IMG/VR virus record: IMGVR_UViG_3300020045_002407
Location: 1-49,342 of that record
From: a virus
Taxonomy: Duplodnaviria > Caudoviricetes
DNA: 49,342 nt
Direction: 5' to 3' (one strand)
The notes beneath the pieces were generated by a model. The model had not been told where the DNA came from. It did not search any database and was given only the letters and a program-made list of their open reading frames with translations. Positions within the stretch are counted from its first letter, which is position 1; every line of letters begins with the position of its first letter. The translations under genes were made by a program, and so were the position numbers. Of this stretch, positions 43,684 through 49,342 are shown piece after piece.

Positions 43684-44580
43684 TTAGTAGCCATGCAATT
43701 CATTTATGTCTACTAGACCGCCTTTTGCGAAACCCTCGCCTTTCAGCCAACCGGGCCTAGTGGCCTCTGGATACGCCATTGGAGTGGCGGTTAGACTTCG
43801 CAGTGCGTCCTCTACTGTGTCAACGCCATTAAGCCACTGCCCGCCTTTACCCTTAATTACCCCGGCCATCAGCGGCGCAGCCATCGTGGCGTCTCCAGTC
43901 AAACCAGCAATAGCCGCTAGGGCAAGCGGAGACTTGATAACTTTCGCAGGATTTCCCATCATAAGCGGGTTCAAGAACCGCATAGCCTCTTGCGAAGCTG
44001 GAACATCTGGGTTAGATATGCCAGTTTCTGTATTAGGCTTTGCTCTAGACGCCCATCGGCGTATGGCTGCACCGGCACCAAGCGACGGCACGCTAGCCTC
44101 TGACTGCCCTTTGCCTACCTTACGAGCTGCGTACGCCAGTGCATCAAGTGCGTCGCCAGGCAGGGCCAGTAAGTCGGGCACCCACTGCTTGGCGCCTTTG
44201 GCGAGGTCTGCTGGGTCAACTCGATTCCGCATGTAATCAGCGGAGTTGCTCGAGAACTGGTGCTCCATTGGATTAGCACCGGCATAGTCATGCACTTTAC
44301 CACCTTTGGCATAGCCTTTCAGCCGACGAGCCATTGCATCTTGCTTTCGCATCAACTCAAGCTTCTTAGCCTCTTGCCGCGCTATCAACTGAGGTACTGT
44401 AATGCCGAGCGCTCGGGCTAAGTCTGCTTGCCCTGTTGACCCGCCTACTGGTGAAACTATCTGCTGTTGCGGGACGGGCCTACCTCCTACGAAGTCCTCG
44501 GGTCTAGCGGCTCCAGCCTCAATTAGTCGCTGCTGTGCTTGCAGACTAAGCGGGTCAACTGGCGAGAAGTAGTTAGGCAT
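43684..44580 (-). CDS. hypothetical late protein with YAKGG/FAKGG motifs
   Basis: 298 aa; GYAKGGKV, VIKGKGG, GFAKGGLV. Confidence 0.7.
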   Translation of the reverse strand: MPNYFSPVDPLSLQAQQRLIEAGAARPEDFVGGRPVPQQQIVSPVGGSTGQADLARALGITVPQLIARQEAKKLELMRKQDAMARRLKGYAKGGKVHDYAGANPMEHQFSSNSADYMRNRVDPADLAKGAKQWVPDLLALPGDALDALAYAARKVGKGQSEASVPSLGAGAAIRRWASRAKPNTETGISNPDVPASQEAMRFLNPLMMGNPAKVIKSPLALAAIAGLTGDATMAAPLMAGVIKGKGGQWLNGVDTVEDALRSLTATPMAYPEATRPGWLKGEGFAKGGLVDINELHGY

Positions 44581-44637
44581 GTCTTATCCCTGAATTCGGC
44601 CGGGCCTTTAGACTGGAGCCCGGAAACCAGTTAATGC

Positions 44638-44991
44638 TTACACCGTGGTGTCAGGCACCGTGATGTCTTCGGCGGCGACCGTCAGTGCGTCGACCTGGGC
44701 CGCGAGGCTATCTAGGTCGTCTTGCGTCACCAGCGTACCCGCTGCAAGCTGATCTTTCAACACTTGAATCTGTGCCGCCAAGTCAGTGAGCTTAGCCGTA
44801 ACCTCAGCCTTCTCTTCTGTGATGGTGGTCGTCAGCAGCGCTACTTTGTCCTTCAGATCTTGCAATGTTGCCATGATTTTTACTCCTAGTTTACTAAGGG
44901 GTGATAGCAGATGCTTAATTACAGCTTCATCCACGCTATCTAAGTGGATATGTATATGTATACGGACGTGCTCATGTTCTCTTTCTCGCAT
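44638..44991 (-). CDS. coiled-coil protein with His-rich extension (second start 44874)
   Basis: AAGGAG before ATG 44991 and AGGAG before in-frame ATG 44874. Confidence 0.65.
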   Translation of the reverse strand: MREREHEHVRIHIHIHLDSVDEAVIKHLLSPLSKLGVKIMATLQDLKDKVALLTTTITEEKAEVTAKLTDLAAQIQVLKDQLAAGTLVTQDDLDSLAAQVDALTVAAEDITVPDTTV

Positions 44992-45082
44992 GCATACTCC
45001 TTTCCAACACTTACTTAAGACTCCCCTCACATAATTATGCGCTCGGGTAAGCCAGTCGTAAACTCGCATTTCAGGCACCTAT

Positions 45083-45658
45083 TTAGATTTTACCGCCGTT
45101 ACTGCGCTGGCGCAGCTTGCCTTTATCCCAAATCAAGCCTTGCGGATACTGGTGCTCAAACGCGTCGTCCATTGCACCGTTTGGCCCAAGCGCAAAGTCA
45201 GGCATGTTTATCAGCTTGGCTCCACCTGCTTTATGAAGCGCTGGCATACTGTCTTTTATTGACCCGTCCCAATGCTCGCGCAACAACTTACTAAACTCTG
45301 GCGTGTCATACTGTAGCACTGGTAACTTGTCTAGCTCGCTATCATACACAGATAGAAACCCCATTGGTTTACGGCTAGTGCCATAGTCCCCAGCAGAGTA
45401 GTTAAGCGCATGCCTGGGCCACTCAGACACAAACTTACCTTGTGAGCTGGTGGGGGCGTCGTACTCACCTCGAAACACAACTCCGTTGGGTAACTTTGGC
45501 GGCATATCAAGCAGTTCTTGGAACGCCGCTTTATCTAGCTGCTCCAGAGGTATGCGCCCATGCACGTCGCGAGGTGCTTTCTCCAAAATCTTAAGCAATG
45601 CCGCGTAAGCCTGCAGCGCGCCCATCTTGAAGTTACTCAGTCCTGGCATCTTGGTCAC
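45083..45658 (-). CDS. hypothetical protein, ADP-ribosyltransferase-like fold candidate
   Basis: VVFRG...GKFVSEWPRHALNY...LSVY...QGLIWD; GTGA overlap with terL. Confidence 0.55.
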   Translation of the reverse strand: MTKMPGLSNFKMGALQAYAALLKILEKAPRDVHGRIPLEQLDKAAFQELLDMPPKLPNGVVFRGEYDAPTSSQGKFVSEWPRHALNYSAGDYGTSRKPMGFLSVYDSELDKLPVLQYDTPEFSKLLREHWDGSIKDSMPALHKAGGAKLINMPDFALGPNGAMDDAFEHQYPQGLIWDKGKLRQRSNGGKI

Positions 45659-47208
45659 CTACTGTAGGGGTTGTCTTGCCGACGCTCCTCAGGCTCGTCG
45701 TTCTCATCATCTTCTTGCTCAATCTCGAGCGACGCTATCAGGCCAGCGTCACGCGCGTATATAGTTACCTGAGTAAAAGTGTCCACCAAGTCATCATGCG
45801 CCGCGTTGGGGAACTCTTCCATCTGTTTCACGAATGCTCGGGCCCACGTAACTGGCAGCTTCGGCTCTACTTTAGACGCCATCACATACACGACGTCGGT
45901 CTCAAGTATCGGCGCCGCCATGTGCGCACGTGTGATCTTATCTGCTTTACCTGGGTTATACGGCCTGACGGGAATGCCCGCTACTCGCAAGTCCTGTATA
46001 ACGCTTTGTCCCGAGGCTTTCTGTTCAACCAACACAAAGTCAGCTCGTCGCTTGCTTTCGCCGTACTCATTGCTCCAGTCAGTAATAATCTGCTTCTTGA
46101 GATTAGGGTAAGACAGCGTATCCGCCATAGCGTCCAGCAGCAGCATGCATCGTTTGCCTTCATGTGAGAAAAACCCCCACGCCGTGCAAGCAGAAGGGTC
46201 GCCCGTTGTCTTCTCTGTGAAGGCTGTGTCCCAACTCTGTATCACCGCGTCGAAGTCAGGCAGTGTCTTGTCACTAGGCCACAACTGTATGTGGTCAACC
46301 TTGAGGATGCCACCACCCGCAGGCGCCGGTCGTTGCTGCAGCTGCCCAGCTGCTCCGTAGCTACCCAGTGCCACCTCGAGCTTAGCGATTACTGGCTCCG
46401 GGAACAACTCTGGCCACAGCAAGCTACCTTCTGTTGTGCGCGGGTCTTCGAACCCTATCGACGTAGCCTTTTTCCTAGTCCCACGCTCATAGCGCATGGG
46501 TAAGAACAAGTGGTCATACTCAGAGCCCAGCTCATCGAGTATCAATCCTGACACGTCCTGCTCGTGGAGGCGCTGCATTACCACGACGGTCTTGGCCTTA
46601 CGACTAACGCCCCGAGTGCTTAGTGTTGACTTGAACCAGCTAGTGGCCGCCGTTCTCTCGGCGTCGGACTGTGCCTGCTTGGCGGAGTGGGGATCATCTA
46701 CGATTTTCCTGTCTGGGTGTTGCCCAGTCGCTCGGCCACCAACTGACGTAGCAAGCCGCCACCCAGAACCTGTGAGTGCGTAGTAAGTCTTCTGATCTTG
46801 GCCCCTTGCGATCTGTACATGAGGCCAACGCTCTTGGTACCACGGCGATGTGATGATGTCTCTAGTTTTACGGGCATCACGCACAGCCAGATCTTCTCCG
46901 TACGAGGCCCCTAGCACGCGCAGACTCTGGTCAGTGATCCACTCCCATGCGGACCACATGGCGGAGACGACGATAGACTTTGACGTGCCTGGCGGGACGT
47001 TGACGAGCAGGTTCATAATCTCGCCTGCAGACACCGCCTCTAGATGCTCACAGACGGCGTGTATATGCCAGTTGTCGGAATACGGCGTGTTAGGCTCAAT
47101 CACGTGCCAAGCGTGTTTCACGAACGCAGCCAGTGAGCCCTCGGCGGCTCGGTAGTTCTGCTCGCGCTTTATGGCGTCTAGCAGTATACCTGGCGGGACG
47201 CCACTCAT
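45655..47208 (-). CDS. terL: terminase large subunit
   Basis: NWHI; Walker A PPGTSKS; Walker B IVDDPH; VVMQRLH; nuclease SWDTA...HDDLVD. Confidence 0.95.
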   Translation of the reverse strand: MSGVPPGILLDAIKREQNYRAAEGSLAAFVKHAWHVIEPNTPYSDNWHIHAVCEHLEAVSAGEIMNLLVNVPPGTSKSIVVSAMWSAWEWITDQSLRVLGASYGEDLAVRDARKTRDIITSPWYQERWPHVQIARGQDQKTYYALTGSGWRLATSVGGRATGQHPDRKIVDDPHSAKQAQSDAERTAATSWFKSTLSTRGVSRKAKTVVVMQRLHEQDVSGLILDELGSEYDHLFLPMRYERGTRKKATSIGFEDPRTTEGSLLWPELFPEPVIAKLEVALGSYGAAGQLQQRPAPAGGGILKVDHIQLWPSDKTLPDFDAVIQSWDTAFTEKTTGDPSACTAWGFFSHEGKRCMLLLDAMADTLSYPNLKKQIITDWSNEYGESKRRADFVLVEQKASGQSVIQDLRVAGIPVRPYNPGKADKITRAHMAAPILETDVVYVMASKVEPKLPVTWARAFVKQMEEFPNAAHDDLVDTFTQVTIYARDAGLIASLEIEQEDDENDEPEERRQDNPYSR

Positions 47209-47927
47209 ACTGCGTCCTTGTACTGAGTTAGGCCGCCCTTAGCGAACTTGCGTTTCTGCTTTCTATACTTCTGCAGCAGCTCTAACATCAGATCATTATC
47301 AATCTTTGGGCCGTCGTTCTCAAGACTAACGGCACCATGCTCTTTTAGCAACATTTGATTAAGCCGACGGCTAAGCTCTGCGCTATTGCGAAACTGAGGC
47401 GGGAGCATGCCTTCAAACTTAGGATTCGACACGCCGGGTGCAACTAAGTTATGCACGGCGTAACCTACATCATTGCCAGTATACCCAAATGCTGGGTCTA
47501 TCGCCCTTGCAATGTCAATAAGCGCCTTGGTACCTTCTGCAGGTACTCCGTATTTCTCAACTACGCCAGAAGTGGGGTGCAGCACATAATTTTCCCCTTG
47601 GCCCCTGAGAAATCTATTGGCGAAGGCATAGTCGCCCTCAGACGGCGCGGCGGCAAGCCAGTGATCTGAGTAGCTATCTTCGTTGAACGGTACGTGGGTA
47701 TGCATATTACCAGACTGTGCCATCTCATCGGGGGTTAACCCCAACTTGTCAAGCTTGCTAAACAGCCCACTCTTAATGCCTTTGTCCCAATCAAGCCCAT
47801 CAAGTGTGCCTGTGCGCTCAGTGGAGAACTTCGGAGTGACTATAGCCCCTCGCTCCACGTCAGCGCCTAGCCCCGCGAGCTTACTTTTCAGCAGTGCACC
47901 CAAGGCGCCTAGCTTTAAATTAGCCAT
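47205..47927 (-). CDS. hypothetical protein with JAB/MPN-like motif and C-terminal FAKGG
   Basis: VERGAIV...MHTHVP...APSEGD; start probably ATG 47927. Confidence 0.6.
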   Translation of the reverse strand: MANLKLGALGALLKSKLAGLGADVERGAIVTPKFSTERTGTLDGLDWDKGIKSGLFSKLDKLGLTPDEMAQSGNMHTHVPFNEDSYSDHWLAAAPSEGDYAFANRFLRGQGENYVLHPTSGVVEKYGVPAEGTKALIDIARAIDPAFGYTGNDVGYAVHNLVAPGVSNPKFEGMLPPQFRNSAELSRRLNQMLLKEHGAVSLENDGPKIDNDLMLELLQKYRKQKRKFAKGGLTQYKDAV

Positions 47928-48333
47928 TTGCTTTCTCAAGTAGTGTAACCAATGCATTCAGGTCCTCGGCGCTGAGCTTTTTCAACGCAGCGCTGTCGAG
48001 CTGTATGGCTTTGCCACCGGGGCCAGCCACTTCAATACTTGCTGGGATCTTGCGGGCCATGTACTCAAGCATAGTGCGGCTTGCCGATATTCTGTCTTTG
48101 GGCTGCGCGAATGGGTTGATACTAATGCGGCGGAGGATATCTAACGGGTGATCGTTATTGTTCAGCGTGAGTAAGTACTGCGCTTGTAGCTCAACACCTT
48201 CTTGTGACAGCGGGGAGATACCGACGCCGCCCTTGGCCTCTACATACTGCAAATACGGGGTGTTAGTGTCTACGAAGAGTGGCGCACCATTCTCGTCTTC
48301 TAAGCCCTTAAGATCCTCGTGCGACAGCGCCAT
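47920..48333 (-). CDS. putative terminase small subunit
   Basis: First late gene; HPLDILRRI...DRISASRTML...IEVAGPGGKAI...LSAEDL; AAGGAG RBS. Confidence 0.7.
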   Translation of the reverse strand: MALSHEDLKGLEDENGAPLFVDTNTPYLQYVEAKGGVGISPLSQEGVELQAQYLLTLNNNDHPLDILRRISINPFAQPKDRISASRTMLEYMARKIPASIEVAGPGGKAIQLDSAALKKLSAEDLNALVTLLEKANG

Positions 48334-48361
48334 TACGGTGCTCCTTAAGTAAGTCAGTTCC

Positions 48362-48390
48362 TTTATACTACAATTATACCGCAGTGTAAA
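48362..48390 (-). promoter_or_regulatory. sigma70-type promoter for the late arm
   Basis: TTTACA, 17 nt, TATAAA; an additional TATAAT lies within the spacer. Confidence 0.55.
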
Positions 48391-48501
48391 CCCATCATAC
48401 TACTTTTTCGTGTCGTGTATAACACATTTTTAACTTTTTGTAAACCAATAAATTGGGAGTGCGGCGCCGTTTAAAGGCCAGGCGCCTTATAGACACGTTT
48501 A

Positions 48502-48775
48502 GTCAGCGAGGGATAAACACGGGAGGCTATAAGCTATTGATTTTATAGCACAAAGCCTAAATCTATGCAGTCAGCAGTCAGTAAAACGCGACGAAAAACC
48601 TATATAAGAAAAACAGCAAGTTATTAGCCTAGGCTGTAATTTACCAGTAATACGCATGGCTTTTTAATTTTTCTTATATAAATACTACTGCCTATATTGA
48701 CTACTGACTACATAGTATTTAACTTTTTATTAATAATTAAGCACTTATAGCTTCCTGTGTTTGTATCCCACTGAC
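48502..48775. repeat. ~110-bp imperfect inverted repeat
   Basis: Arm 48502-48613 aligns with the reverse complement of 48668-48775 (GTCAG..GGGATA..AACAC.GGA.GCTATAAG...CTATG.AGTCAG.AGTCA...TATATAAGAAAAA). Confidence 0.85.
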
Positions 48776-49116
48776 AGCAAAGCGCCTACTAGTGACCTTG
48801 ACAATGTCATATTTATACTTGAAAATTCTATATTTTTATTTGAGAGCCACGTTTTCTCGAATTACTCCACTGGTGGGAGAAACACTAAACCGTGGTGCGC
48901 CTGGCGATTCACAATTTCTACTTTTTTAAAATTTATTTTTGCCTGTGTCGTTTTTGGTACACTTTGCTATCTATACTAAGTACCAGGCCCTATCAAACCA
49001 ACTACTAAGTACAAGGCGCTTGGCTCTTAGTTGTAAAGTTACGCAGAAATGTAAGTATTTGGCATAAATATCATATATATTGGAACGTTGCTTCACACTC
49101 ATTTTCTATTTTCGAT

Positions 49117-49342
49117 TGGGGGTTCCCCCGGGGCCAAGAACCTAGCTATATGGTCATACTCCTATGCACCACGTACTGGGGTCCTACTCCACATGGTGAA
49201 GCACACCGCATCATGGTGTGTGGTTCCATCATATGGTGTACACCATGTGCATGGTCCATCGTCCTAAGTATGTATACCAAAGCTATAGCAGTATATAACT
49301 ATACAGCCCGTGGCCCATAGTAACATCGTCATAAGTATGTAT
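49117..49342. repeat. cluster of short ATGGT/ACCAT and TATAG motifs
   Basis: Repeated atggt/accat words at about 49150-49260, following GGGGTTCCCCCGGGG. Confidence 0.5.

Noticed and set aside
48761-48979. 72-aa ORF in the terminal region
   Set aside because: TTG start without RBS in AT-rich, repeat-containing DNA.
1-49342. Stop-codon reassignment suggested by abundant TAG
   Set aside because: Core genes are full length in the standard code, and TAG ends several genes (e.g. 1133, 13679).
1-49342. Prophage / temperate lifestyle
   Set aside because: No integrase, repressor, att site or host genes visible; the part of the genome outside the window cannot be judged.

Overview
This window is most of the genome of a tailed dsDNA bacteriophage with a podovirus-like layout; the spanin genes imply a Gram-negative host. 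The + strand (1-14.0 kb) carries replication and nucleotide-metabolism genes: ExoX-like exonuclease, dCMP deaminase, MazG-like pyrophosphatase, DUF932 protein, family A DNA polymerase, VRR-NUC nuclease, SNF2 helicase, HNH endonuclease, thymidylate synthase-family enzyme and a candidate anti-defence sponge pair. The - strand (48.3-14.1 kb) carries a convergent late arm: terminase, portal, lysis cassette, two receptor-binding modules, GroES-like protein, scaffold, capsid, adaptors and ejection proteins. An AT-rich non-coding kilobase with a ~110-bp imperfect inverted repeat ends the window. I saw no integrase, primase, tRNA or CRISPR array. Strongest leads: (1) unrelated late proteins, including JAB-like and ADP-ribosyltransferase-like proteins inserted among the terminase and portal genes, share short [FYM][AK]xGG and GAL/SPL motifs, suggesting a virion cargo-loading system; (2) a complete HNH endonuclease is fused in frame inside the thymidylate synthase without intein or intron signatures, and the enzyme has Asp at the Asn specificity position; (3) structured non-coding elements and a shared leaderless promoter motif. 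All calls come from motif recognition by eye; no searches were run.
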